NCBI GenBank assembly: GCA_963716055.1
Contig: CAVQSR010000004.1
Location: 97,888-161,887, forward strand
Length of the DNA: 64,000 bases
Origin: an uncultured Gemmatimonadales bacterium
GTDB taxonomy: Bacteria > Gemmatimonadota > Gemmatimonadetes > Gemmatimonadales > GWC2-71-9
Reading direction: 5' to 3'
Numbering within the stretch: the first letter of the stretch is position 1; each line of letters starts with the position of its first letter. Made by a program: the position numbers and the translations under genes. Shown in pieces: positions 1 through 8,863 of this stretch. The notes below the pieces were generated by a model that was given only the letters and a program-made list of their open reading frames with translations, searched no databases and had not been told where the DNA came from.

Positions 1-689
1 GCCGCATCCGGCACGCGCCAGGCGACGTGGTGCACGGCGCCCGTGCCCCAGCGCCCGCGGGCCTGGTCCGGCAGCGCCCGCAGCTCGACGAGCGTGCCCG
101 CCGCACCGCGCGCGAGCCCGAACCGCGTCCAGCCGTCGTCCTCGCCGAGGCGGTGGAAACCCAGCACGCTCGTGAGGAACGCGACGGAGGGCCCGGGGTC
201 GCGCTCCCACAACCGCACGCCGTCCATGCCGCGCAGCTGATGCTCCGCCGGCACGGGGCTCGCCGCCCACGGCACGAACGGCCGGCGCCGCTCGGTCTCG
301 ACCAGCACGAGGGGTAGGCCGTGAGGGTCGCGCAGCGGGAGTACCGGCTCGTCGAAGCGCGGTGAGGACTCGCCCGGCGTCACGCCGTGGGCCAGAAGCC
401 GGTCGCGCCAGTACGCCAGGCTGCCGGGCGGCACGGCGAACGCGACCTCCATCGCGAGGCCGGTCCCCGGCTGCACCGGGGCCATGGCGGGCCACGGGAA
501 GAACGTGATGTCGGTGCCGGGCGTGCCGGCGCCGTCCGCGTAGAACAGGTGGTAGGTGTCGGGGACGTCCTGATTGACGCTCTTTTTCACGAGGCGCAGC
601 CCCAGGACACCGACGTAGAAGTCGAGATTCTCCTGGGGGTCACCCGCGATGCAGGTGACGTGATGAATGCCCTGGACGGCGGGAGCCAC
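1..689 (-). CDS. Ring-cleaving dioxygenase / glyoxalase (MhqO-like), runs off the left edge
   Basis: The minus strand from GTG at 689 reads VAPAVQGIHHVTCIAGDPQENLDFYVGVLGLRLVKKSVNQDVPDTYHLFYADGAGTPGTDITFFPW, the typical N-terminus of this family. It is not in the ORF track. Confidence 0.88.
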   Translation of the reverse strand, partial: MAPAVQGIHHVTCIAGDPQENLDFYVGVLGLRLVKKSVNQDVPDTYHLFYADGAGTPGTDITFFPWPAMAPVQPGTGLAMEVAFAVPPGSLAYWRDRLLAHGVTPGESSPRFDEPVLPLRDPHGLPLVLVETERRRPFVPWAASPVPAEHQLRGMDGVRLWERDPGPSVAFLTSVLGFHRLGEDDGWTRFGLARGAAGTLVELRALPDQARGRWGTGAVHHVAWRVPDA

Positions 690-697
690 GGCGCGAT

Positions 698-964
698 TCA
701 CTCGACCGGGTGGACCTGCACCTCCGGTACCCCGGCGGCATCGTACCACACGCGGACGCGCCACGGACGGCAGCACACCTCGCAGTCCTCGACGTAATCC
801 TGCGCGCGCCCGCCGCCCGGATCGAGGGCGATGGTCAGCGTCTGGCCACAGTGCGGGCAGGTGACGTCGGCCTCGGTCTCCAGGGCCGCGCCGTCGGCCT
901 GGGGGTCGTCCTCCAGGAACTCGGCGTCGTCATTCAGGCGGTCGGCGTCGTCGGAAGCGTCCAT
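698..964 (-). CDS. CPXCG-motif cysteine-rich protein
   Basis: C-terminal part of track ORF 698..1711, from ATG 964: acidic N-terminus, CPHCG, then YVEDCEVCCRPW. Confidence 0.85.
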   Translation of the reverse strand: MDASDDADRLNDDAEFLEDDPQADGAALETEADVTCPHCGQTLTIALDPGGGRAQDYVEDCEVCCRPWRVRVWYDAAGVPEVQVHPVE

Positions 965-1008
965 GGGCGCAGCCGCAATATACGCGGTGCGACCGTCGGA
1001 ACACCGCC

Positions 1009-1632
1009 CTAGGGGAAGCGCGGCTGGGCAGCGGCGGGGCTGATCTGGCCGAACACGGGGTCGCCGCGCGGCGCGCCGCGCTGGGAGAACGCCAACACCT
1101 GCTCGCGTGACCACCAGCACCACGTCTCCGAATCCACCGCGACGATGGCGAAGAGGTAGCCGTCGCGCGCCACGGTGCGGATGTCCGTATTGGACAGGGC
1201 GCAGTATTCCCGGGCGCTGGCGGCCGGATCGCCCCGAGGGCGGCGGTAGGAGGGATCGGCCCCGCGCGCGGGGGCCGGTGGATCCTCGACTGGGTGGTTG
1301 TGCCAGATCGCGACCGCCGTCGCCGGGCACGGCCCGAAGGCGGCGCCGTCCGGGCGGGACGAGTACGGCTCGGGCATCACGAACCCGGTGGCCGTGACCG
1401 TGTCGCCCGTCACCGAGCCGGTGAGGCACAGGACGATCTCGCTGTGCAGCGCGCCGGCGAGCGTGCGCAGCCGTGCGAGCAGCCCGGCATCGAGCAGCAG
1501 CGCGGCCGGCGGCTCGAGCGCCAGCGCCGACGCGGGCGCGGGCGCCACGGCCGCGAGTCCGGCCACCGCGGCACCGACGATCCGCCACGACGTGGCGCGC
1601 CGGCCGCGCGGCCCTCCACCACCACTCGCCAC
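1009..1632 (-). CDS. Exported protein with a JAB/MPN+-like metal motif
   Basis: Hydrophobic signal-like N-terminus; SEIVLCLTG ... IWHNHP ... LSNTD resembles the JAMM pattern E..HxH..SxxD with a long insert. Confidence 0.55.
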   Translation of the reverse strand: MASGGGGPRGRRATSWRIVGAAVAGLAAVAPAPASALALEPPAALLLDAGLLARLRTLAGALHSEIVLCLTGSVTGDTVTATGFVMPEPYSSRPDGAAFGPCPATAVAIWHNHPVEDPPAPARGADPSYRRPRGDPAASAREYCALSNTDIRTVARDGYLFAIVAVDSETWCWWSREQVLAFSQRGAPRGDPVFGQISPAAAQPRFP

Positions 1633-1854
1633 GGGTCGATCCCTCCGGGTGTCCTCCCCGCACGAGAGGGCAAGGCACGTGCCATGCGCCGCGAATTGTG
1701 CGCCCCGTCACGTCCCTGCGCGATCCAGGGCGGCGGCGCCGCAGGCGCCGGGGCAGGGCGAGCGGACCCTACTTGACACGCCCGGGGGGCCCGTCCCACA
1801 CTCCCGCACCGGGTGTCAGATCGCGGCCGCCGCCCTCCCTCGTCACGAGCCCCC

Positions 1855-2352
1855 ATGCACCAGATCATCGCAGCAGCCGTTGCGGCAGTCCTCGCAGGCG
1901 CCCTCGTGGCGTGCGGCAGTCCCGCCACGGATATCGCCGACGTCTCCATCGTCACCGTGCTCCCCAAGGAGGTCGGACCCGGTGGGTTTACCAGGACCAT
2001 CAGCGGCGACGGCGTTGCCAGCGGGTTCTTCTTCAAGGCCACGTTATCGGACTGCAGCTCCGCGATCGACTCCGTCGGCCGCGCGTGGGCGGCGGAGTAC
2101 GGGCTGGTGGGGACGCGGCGCACGGTCGAGAGCGAGCGCGCGACCCTCGGGTTCACCTCCGATCGGTTCCCCGACGGCGCATTCGTCATCGCGTACCGCG
2201 TGACGTCGGCGCGTGACCACGCGCTCATCCGGGTGACGTACGAAGCGACCTCCGGCCGCCGGACGCTGTCGGCCGACGAGCTGGGCGGCGTGGGCGTCGT
2301 CGCGCTCATCGACAACCTCGTGGCCGCAGGCCGCTGCGACGCGGGCGGCTAG
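1855..2352 (+). CDS. Hypothetical lipoprotein
   Basis: MHQIIAAAVAAVLAGALVAC lipobox-like signal; GC3-rich codon usage. Confidence 0.6.
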   Translation: MHQIIAAAVAAVLAGALVACGSPATDIADVSIVTVLPKEVGPGGFTRTISGDGVASGFFFKATLSDCSSAIDSVGRAWAAEYGLVGTRRTVESERATLGFTSDRFPDGAFVIAYRVTSARDHALIRVTYEATSGRRTLSADELGGVGVVALIDNLVAAGRCDAGG

Positions 2353-2539
2353 GCGGGCCCGGGCGGCGACCCGCCACCGGCTGATTCTCGGTCTTGCCCC
2401 GGCCACAGCCCTCCCGTGTGTGTTCCACATCACATGCCGACCACATCTGTGTCGCTGCCGTAGTTACCTTGTCTTAGGGCCCGCGGGTCTGTTTCCGTCT
2501 GTGCGGGGATCCGGGGGAACCAGGAGCCAGGAGGTCGAG

Positions 2540-2914
2540 GTGAAGATCACGCAGCGGGCGCCCGTCCCGGGCGCCGACGACGGCGACCCCGACGGCGCCG
2601 TGAGCGTCGAGTCGGACACCTTCGGCCCGCGCGTGCGCGCGCTCGCGGAGTTGCAGGGCGCGCTGCTCACGACGGAGGAGTTGTTCCAGCTGGGCGCGCG
2701 CTACACGGGGAGCCGGGGCAAGGAGCAGTGGGACGTGCGGGAGTACGTCGGGCGCGCCGGTGGCGGTACGCGCGAGTATCGGGTGGTGCGGGGCACCGGC
2801 GTTCACGAAGTGTACCGCAGCGGCGAGCGGGTCCGCGCCGCGGCGGTCGGGACGGCACTCAACGAGATCGAGGCCCAGGACCGCGCCCGGGACCTGCTCG
2901 GCCCGGTCCGGTAG
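2540..2914 (+). CDS. Hypothetical protein
   Basis: GTG start preceded by GGAGG; coding-like codon bias. Confidence 0.55.
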   Translation: MKITQRAPVPGADDGDPDGAVSVESDTFGPRVRALAELQGALLTTEELFQLGARYTGSRGKEQWDVREYVGRAGGGTREYRVVRGTGVHEVYRSGERVRAAAVGTALNEIEAQDRARDLLGPVR

Positions 2915-2955
2915 CGGATTCGTGAGGTGCCGGGCGATCCGGCGATCCTCGAGGT

Positions 2956-3165
2956 GTGATCGATGGCCAAGGAAGAGTGAACCGGTCGCTGAAGATGCGC
3001 CGCGCCGGGATGGTGACCGACGGTGGCCCGCCGCGCTGCCGGACCTGCGGGTTACCCCTCCAGTTCGGCACCGATCGGGACGGCCGGACCACGGAATCGT
3101 GTACCTGCGGATATCGCGGGTACGTGCTGACGCGGCGCGGACCGGCGGACGGCGACCGCGCCTGA
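2956..3165 (+). CDS. Small putative zinc-ribbon protein
   Basis: CRTCG ... CTCG cysteine pairs in 69 aa. Confidence 0.45.
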   Translation: MIDGQGRVNRSLKMRRAGMVTDGGPPRCRTCGLPLQFGTDRDGRTTESCTCGYRGYVLTRRGPADGDRA

Positions 3166-3191
3166 GCGGCCCGGGGGCGTGGCGCCCCCGC

Positions 3192-4223
3192 TCACGCAGG
3201 TGGGGACGATGATCCTGGGGTGACGGGCGCGGCGCCAAGCGGCACCGCAAGCCCCGCCCCGGACGCGAGCGCCCGCTCGTAGACCACCACCGCCGCCGCA
3301 GCGTCCTGCAGCGCCATCCCGGTCGAATCGAACACCGTGATCTCGTCGGGCGTCGCGCGTCCCGGCTTGCGGCCGGCCACGACCTCCCCCAACTCGGCCC
3401 GCACGTCCCCGCGGGCGCAGGCGCCCGCGGCGATCGCGTGGCGCAGGTCGCCGAACGCCGCGCACTGATCCAGCAGATCCACCACGACCGCCGCCCGCCC
3501 GAGGAGCGCCGGCGCCAGCTCCCGCTTGTGCTCGGCGTCGGCACCCACCCCCGCCACGAATGTGCCCGGGCGCACGTCGTCCGGCCCCACCAGGAACTCC
3601 TGGGCGGGCGTGCAGGTGACCACGAGGTCCGCGGCCTGGGTCGCCTCCCGCACGGACCCCGCGGCGGCGATCGGGATGCCGAGCTCGGCGGACAGCTCGG
3701 CGGCGAACCGCCGGGACGCCGCCGGAAGCGCGTCGAACGCCACGGCGCGCTCCAATCGCCGCACGCGCGCCAGCGCCCGCAGCTGCACCCTGCCCTGCAC
3801 CCCACACCCCACGATGGCCGCGACGGCCGCGTCCGGGCGCGCGAGGTGCCGCGCGGCGACCGCGGTGGCCGCCCCGGTCCGCAGGGTCGTGATCTCGATC
3901 GAGTCCATCAGCGCGAGGGGGCGGCCTAGCGCCGCATCGAACAGCGCGATCACGCCCTGCACGGTGGGCAGTCCGTGACGCTCCGGGTTGCCCGGGAAGT
4001 TCGCGTTGACCTTCACCGCGAACACCGGCCGCCCGTCGTCGAACAGCCCCGCCTTGATGTGGAACCCGCCGCCGGCCGCGTGCGCCCCCGCCACCACGGG
4101 CGGCGGTACCCGACCCTCACCCAGCAGGAGGAACGCCCGCTCCACCGCCGCGATGCAGGGGTCGAGGTCCAGCAGGCGGACCACATCCGCCCGCGTCAGC
4201 ACCAGGGTCGTGGAGGGTTCCAC
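3192..4223 (-). CDS. Ornithine cyclodeaminase / mu-crystallin family protein
   Basis: ITTLRTGAATAVAA, IVGCGVQG (Rossmann fold) and FDSTGMALQD motifs; likely GTG start at 4223. Confidence 0.92.
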   Translation of the reverse strand: MEPSTTLVLTRADVVRLLDLDPCIAAVERAFLLLGEGRVPPPVVAGAHAAGGGFHIKAGLFDDGRPVFAVKVNANFPGNPERHGLPTVQGVIALFDAALGRPLALMDSIEITTLRTGAATAVAARHLARPDAAVAAIVGCGVQGRVQLRALARVRRLERAVAFDALPAASRRFAAELSAELGIPIAAAGSVREATQAADLVVTCTPAQEFLVGPDDVRPGTFVAGVGADAEHKRELAPALLGRAAVVVDLLDQCAAFGDLRHAIAAGACARGDVRAELGEVVAGRKPGRATPDEITVFDSTGMALQDAAAAVVVYERALASGAGLAVPLGAAPVTPGSSSPPA

Positions 4224-4354
4224 CGGGTTTCTCCGCCAAGAGTAGGACTTCCAGCCGCCCAGGACCCTGGGGGTAGCCCGAGGTTCCAAGCGGGGTGGCC
4301 CCCGGTCCCCCCCCCCATATTCGCGCCGCTATATGCTCGGGGAACGCCGTCGTA

Positions 4355-4360
4355 TATAAT
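4355..4360 (+). promoter_or_regulatory. Consensus -10 hexamer TATAAT upstream of the hybrid kinase
   Basis: A perfect TATAAT in otherwise GC-rich DNA, 6 nt before the in-frame GTG at 4367. Confidence 0.45.
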
Positions 4361-4366
4361 GGGCCG

Positions 4367-6673
4367 GTGAGCACCGGATCCGGCGTTTCATTCGTGAACC
4401 TGTCGAGCCTTCGCGCACGCCTGTTGCTGCTGGTGCTGCTCGGGGCGTTGCCGGCGCTCGCCCTGGTCCTCTACTCGGCGGGCACCGAGCGGCGGCTGGT
4501 GCAGGCGCAGGCCGAGCGGGAGGCGCTGCGGCTCGCGCGCCTCGGCGCCAGCACCCAGGAGCGGTTTCTCGAGAGCGCGCGGGGACTCCTGACGGCGCTG
4601 GGCGAGACCGACGTGGTGCGGCGCCAGCGCGGGGCCGAATGCACCGCGCTGTTCCGCAAGATCATGGCGGCACGGCCGGCGTTCATCAATCTCGGCGGCG
4701 TGACGTCGGGCGGCCGGGTGTTCTGCAGCGCGCTTCCGACCGCCGCCGACGTGCGCCTGGACGACCGTCCGTACGTGCAGCGCGCCCTCGCGACCCGGAC
4801 GTTCGCCGTGGGGGACTACCAGGTCGGGCGCATCACGCGCCGACCGTCGGTGAACGCCGGGTACCCGGTGCTCGGGCCCGACGGCCGGGTGGAGGCGGTG
4901 CTGTTCGCGGCGCTGGACCTGACGGCGCTGAGCCGGGTCTTCGAGGAAATCTCCCTACCCCCCGGCGCCACGGTGCTCGTGGCGGACGCGCGGGGGACGA
5001 GTCTCGTGGCGTATCCCGACCCCGAGCGCTGGGTCGGCCGCAACATCCACGAGATGCTCCCCGGCCTGCGCCCGACCCAGGGCGCGACCGAGGGCGTGCG
5101 CGAATCCACGGGCCCCGACAGCACGCCGCAGTTCGTCGCGTTCGCCCGGCTCAACCACTCGATGGGCGGGGCGACGCCGATCGTGGCGATCGTGGTCCCG
5201 CGGGCGGCGGTGTTCAGCGAGGCGAACCGGATGTTCGGCCGCAGCCTGATCCTGCTCGGCGCGGTCGTGGTCCTCGCAATCGCCGCGGCCTGGATCTTCG
5301 GCGAGCTGCTGATCCGGCGGCGCCTGCGGACCCTGGCGCGGACCGCCGAGCGCCTGGGCGCGGGCGACCTCCGGGCGCGCACCGGGCTGGCCGCTAACAC
5401 CGACGAGCTCGGCGCCCTCGCCCGCTCGTTCGACGAGATGGCGGACGCGCTCGAACTGCATTCGCGCCGGCAGGCCCACCTCGAGAGCCAGCTGAGCCAG
5501 GCCCAGACGATGGAGGCGCTGGGACAGCTCAGCGCCGGCGTGGCGTACGACTTCCGCAACACCCTGTCGGTGATCCTGGCCAACGTCGAGCTGGCCCGCG
5601 CGGCCATGCCCGCCGACCGCCAGGACCTCGCCAGCTGTTTGCAGGACATCGACGGGGCGGCGCGGGGCGCCACGGCCATGGTCCAGCGCCTCCTCGGCTT
5701 CAGCCGGCAGGCCGACCTCGACCTCCAGCCCGTGAGGCTCGCCGACGCGATTCAGATCTGCGCCGACACGCTGCGCCCGATGCTGCCGCCCACCGTCCGG
5801 CTGCGCATCGAGCCGGACCCGTCGCGCACCGTGGTGCAGGCCGACGCCACCGCAATCCAGCACGTGCTGCTGAACATCGCCACCAACGCGCGCGACGCGA
5901 TGCCCGAGGGCGGCGAGCTCACCATGCGCAGTGAGCAGGTCACCCTGGGCGACGATGCCAAGGCGATCCGCCCCTGGCTGCGGCCGGGCGACTACTGCCG
6001 CGTGTCGATCACCGACACCGGCACCGGGATGGATGAGAACACGGTCGCGCGGATCTTCGACCCGCTGTTCACCACCAAGCCGCCCGGACAGGGCACGGGT
6101 CTGGGCATGGCCATGGTATACGGCCTCATGAAGCGGCACTGGGGGTTCGTGCACGTGTATAGCGAGCCCGGCCGGGGAACGACGGTCACGGTGTACTTCC
6201 CCGTGAGCGCCGAGCGGGCGGCCGTGGCGCCGGCGCGCGCCCCGTTGGCGCAGCTGCCGCGCGGCACCGAGACTGTCCTCGTAGTCGACGACGACGAGAC
6301 GCCGCGGCGCAGCGCGCAGCGCATCCTGGCGAAGCTCGGCTACCGCGTGCTCCTGGCGGCCGACGGGGTCGAGGCCCTGGCGACGTTCCGCGCGCACCGC
6401 AACCAGATCGACCTCGTCGTCTCCGACGTCATGATGCCGCGCATGGACGGGATCCAGTTGTACCACGCGCTGGCGGCGGAGGATTCCGGCCTGATCTTCC
6501 TGTTCAGCAGCGGCTACGCGGACCAGAGCGGGACGCCGTTCGGCGTGGCCCGGGTACCGTTCCTGCAGAAACCGTGGACCATCGGCGAAGTCGCGACCAA
6601 GGTGCGCGAGGTCCTGGACGCGGCGGCGCCGCGGCGGCAGGCCGCGTCCGTCGCCGGGTCGCGCAGCGCGTGA
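4367..6673 (+). CDS. Hybrid sensor histidine kinase/response regulator (Cache-HAMP-HisKA-HATPase-REC) with Tyr at the phospho-His position
   Basis: Two TM segments around a Cache-like region, a HAMP domain, H-box GVAYDFRN, N-box LLNIATNARDAM, G boxes DTGTGMD and GTGLG, REC motif VSDVMMPRMDG. Start uncertain (4295/4367/4394). Confidence 0.9.
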   Translation: MSTGSGVSFVNLSSLRARLLLLVLLGALPALALVLYSAGTERRLVQAQAEREALRLARLGASTQERFLESARGLLTALGETDVVRRQRGAECTALFRKIMAARPAFINLGGVTSGGRVFCSALPTAADVRLDDRPYVQRALATRTFAVGDYQVGRITRRPSVNAGYPVLGPDGRVEAVLFAALDLTALSRVFEEISLPPGATVLVADARGTSLVAYPDPERWVGRNIHEMLPGLRPTQGATEGVRESTGPDSTPQFVAFARLNHSMGGATPIVAIVVPRAAVFSEANRMFGRSLILLGAVVVLAIAAAWIFGELLIRRRLRTLARTAERLGAGDLRARTGLAANTDELGALARSFDEMADALELHSRRQAHLESQLSQAQTMEALGQLSAGVAYDFRNTLSVILANVELARAAMPADRQDLASCLQDIDGAARGATAMVQRLLGFSRQADLDLQPVRLADAIQICADTLRPMLPPTVRLRIEPDPSRTVVQADATAIQHVLLNIATNARDAMPEGGELTMRSEQVTLGDDAKAIRPWLRPGDYCRVSITDTGTGMDENTVARIFDPLFTTKPPGQGTGLGMAMVYGLMKRHWGFVHVYSEPGRGTTVTVYFPVSAERAAVAPARAPLAQLPRGTETVLVVDDDETPRRSAQRILAKLGYRVLLAADGVEALATFRAHRNQIDLVVSDVMMPRMDGIQLYHALAAEDSGLIFLFSSGYADQSGTPFGVARVPFLQKPWTIGEVATKVREVLDAAAPRRQAASVAGSRSA

Positions 6674-6677
6674 CGCG

Positions 6678-7055
6678 ATGCAGTTCCTGCTGTCCGCGCT
6701 GTCGGGCGTCGCCATTGCCATCGGTGCCGCGTTCCTCGCCCGGCGGCGTGCCGGCGACGACGCGGCGGTCCGAAACCTCGGCCGGGAGCAGCTCCTCGCC
6801 CTAGGCTTCAACCTCGCATTGTTCGCGGGGATGCTCCTGGGCATCGCCGCCAACTACTTCTGGGTGCACGGCGTCGAGGGGCCGGTGGACCTCAACGGGC
6901 TGTGGCGGCCCGTCCTGATCTCACCGATCATCTTCATGCCGGTCTACGTGGCGGCGACGCGGCAGCCGCGCGGCCTGATCCCGCTGCTGATCGCGTTTCA
7001 GAACGGCTTCTTTTGGCAGGCCATCTTCGAGCGAGCGGGACCCCTCGGCGGGTAG
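6678..7055 (+). CDS. Small membrane protein downstream of the kinase
   Basis: 125 aa with 3-4 hydrophobic segments; starts 4 nt after the kinase stop. Confidence 0.7.
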   Translation: MQFLLSALSGVAIAIGAAFLARRRAGDDAAVRNLGREQLLALGFNLALFAGMLLGIAANYFWVHGVEGPVDLNGLWRPVLISPIIFMPVYVAATRQPRGLIPLLIAFQNGFFWQAIFERAGPLGG

Positions 7056-7222
7056 GCCCCGCGGCGCCGGTCAGCCGCGCACTGCCTGAGTCCAGCCGCC
7101 GCCGGGCGCCGCCACCCAGGCGCGACCTTCCATGTCGAGCCACTCCCCGAACGGGCGATCGGGCTGCGGGTCCGATCCGAACCGCAGCACGTGCCCGTCG
7201 ACCATGGTTCCCTCGCTGGCTG

Positions 7223-8830
7223 CTAGCTCGGGCTGCGGGCAGTGAGCGCCCGGACTTCGCCGGCCGCTTCGATTCGCCGGTCCACGTGGTCACCGATCTC
7301 GCGGGCGCGCTCGAGCGCGAGCGTGAGGTCCGGCACGGACCCCGTCCCGGCCTGCAGCCGGAACAGCGCCAGCCGCAGGTGCTCGAGCGCCGCCACCACC
7401 CGCGTGAGGCGTTCGCCCGTGTCGCCGGCGGCCCGCAGCGCCTCGGCGTCCGCTTCCAGCCGCTCGAGCACGGGCGGGACGCCCGGGACCTGGTGCCGCG
7501 TCGCGTCGGGCAGCGCGTCGTAAGCGGCGAGGGCCGAGCGTCCCAGAACCAGCTCCGTGGGTTCGACCCCGGCGAGCGCGGGCCGCGTGGGCGCGTCGAG
7601 CCCCGTGCCGGCCACGCGGAAGAACCAGCGCCCCATCTTCCCCGCCCACAGGCGGTACCACAGGGTATCGAGCCGCCGGATCCAGCGCCGCTGCTGGATC
7701 ACCTCGGCCTCCTCGTTCTGGACCTGGGCTTCGGCCAGCAAAGCCGCGCGGATGTCGGCGAACGCGTAGCCTTCCCGGAGGAGGCGCCGGGCTACGGACA
7801 CCAGCTGGAAGACGAGGATCATGCCGATGATGCCCGGCCCACCGAACGACACGGACCCGGTGCCGGTGGTCGTGCCGATGGTCACGGTCTGGCCGGCCAC
7901 CGCCACCGCCAGCAACACCATGGTCGAGACCTGCGCGTTGCGGATGAACGCGCGCACCAGCGGCGGGGCCCGAAACTCCCGGCCCCGCGCTTCGCCCACC
8001 ACGCGAGCCAGGTCGTCGCCCGTCTGGAGGCGGTCGGCGGGGGCCTTGTGCAGACAGCGATCGATCGCCGCCGCCAGCTTGGCGGGCACCTCCGGCCGGA
8101 TCCCCTGGATGCGCGGCGCGGGCTCGGCGACCTGCCGCGCGAGGATGGCCGGGAGGTTGGGCCCCTCGAACGGGGCGCGTCCCGTGAGGGCGTAGTACAT
8201 CGTCGCCGCCAGAGAGTACAGGTCACTGCGGGCATCCACCGGCTCCCCGCACGCCTGCTCCGGGCTCATGTAGCGCGCGGTCCCGATGATCGGGCCACCC
8301 GGGCTCTTGTCGTCGCGCCGGCCGAGCGCGATGCCGAAGTCCGTGACCAGCGCGCGGTCGGTGCCCCGCTCGACCATGATGTTGTCGGGCTTCACGTCGC
8401 GATGGATGACGCCGCGCTGGTGCGCGTACCCGAGCGCCCACGCCACCTCCTGCATCAGCTTCATCCCCAGTCGCGGCGTGAGCGGGCCGGCGCGCTCCAC
8501 GCGCTCGCGCAGTGTTTCGCCGTCCACGTACCCCATCACGAAGAACACCAACTCGTCCCGGGCCTCGACCAGGTGAATGGGGACGATGTGCGGATGTGAC
8601 AGGCCGGCCGCCGTGCGGGCTTCCTTGAGGAAGCGGTCGCGGGCGTCCGCGCCGGCGGCCAGCTGCGGGGGGAGCAGCTTGATCGCGACCGGGCGGTCGA
8701 GCGCCACGTCGCGGGCGAGCAGCACGATGCCCATGCCGCCCCGGCCGAGCTCGCGCTCGATCGAGTAACGGCCGGCCAGCAGCTCCTGCAAGGCCAGGAA
8801 TTCGGGGCCGATCGGTGTGGTCATGTCCAC
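7223..8830 (-). CDS. Hanks-type Ser/Thr protein kinase with membrane segments and C-terminal extension
   Basis: LGRGGMG, VAIKLL, HRDVKPDNI, DFGIA and GTARYMSPEQ motifs. Confidence 0.95.
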   Translation of the reverse strand: MDMTTPIGPEFLALQELLAGRYSIERELGRGGMGIVLLARDVALDRPVAIKLLPPQLAAGADARDRFLKEARTAAGLSHPHIVPIHLVEARDELVFFVMGYVDGETLRERVERAGPLTPRLGMKLMQEVAWALGYAHQRGVIHRDVKPDNIMVERGTDRALVTDFGIALGRRDDKSPGGPIIGTARYMSPEQACGEPVDARSDLYSLAATMYYALTGRAPFEGPNLPAILARQVAEPAPRIQGIRPEVPAKLAAAIDRCLHKAPADRLQTGDDLARVVGEARGREFRAPPLVRAFIRNAQVSTMVLLAVAVAGQTVTIGTTTGTGSVSFGGPGIIGMILVFQLVSVARRLLREGYAFADIRAALLAEAQVQNEEAEVIQQRRWIRRLDTLWYRLWAGKMGRWFFRVAGTGLDAPTRPALAGVEPTELVLGRSALAAYDALPDATRHQVPGVPPVLERLEADAEALRAAGDTGERLTRVVAALEHLRLALFRLQAGTGSVPDLTLALERAREIGDHVDRRIEAAGEVRALTARSPS

Positions 8831-8863
8831 ATCGTCCTACGCACGGCCCACCGCGGCGTTTCG

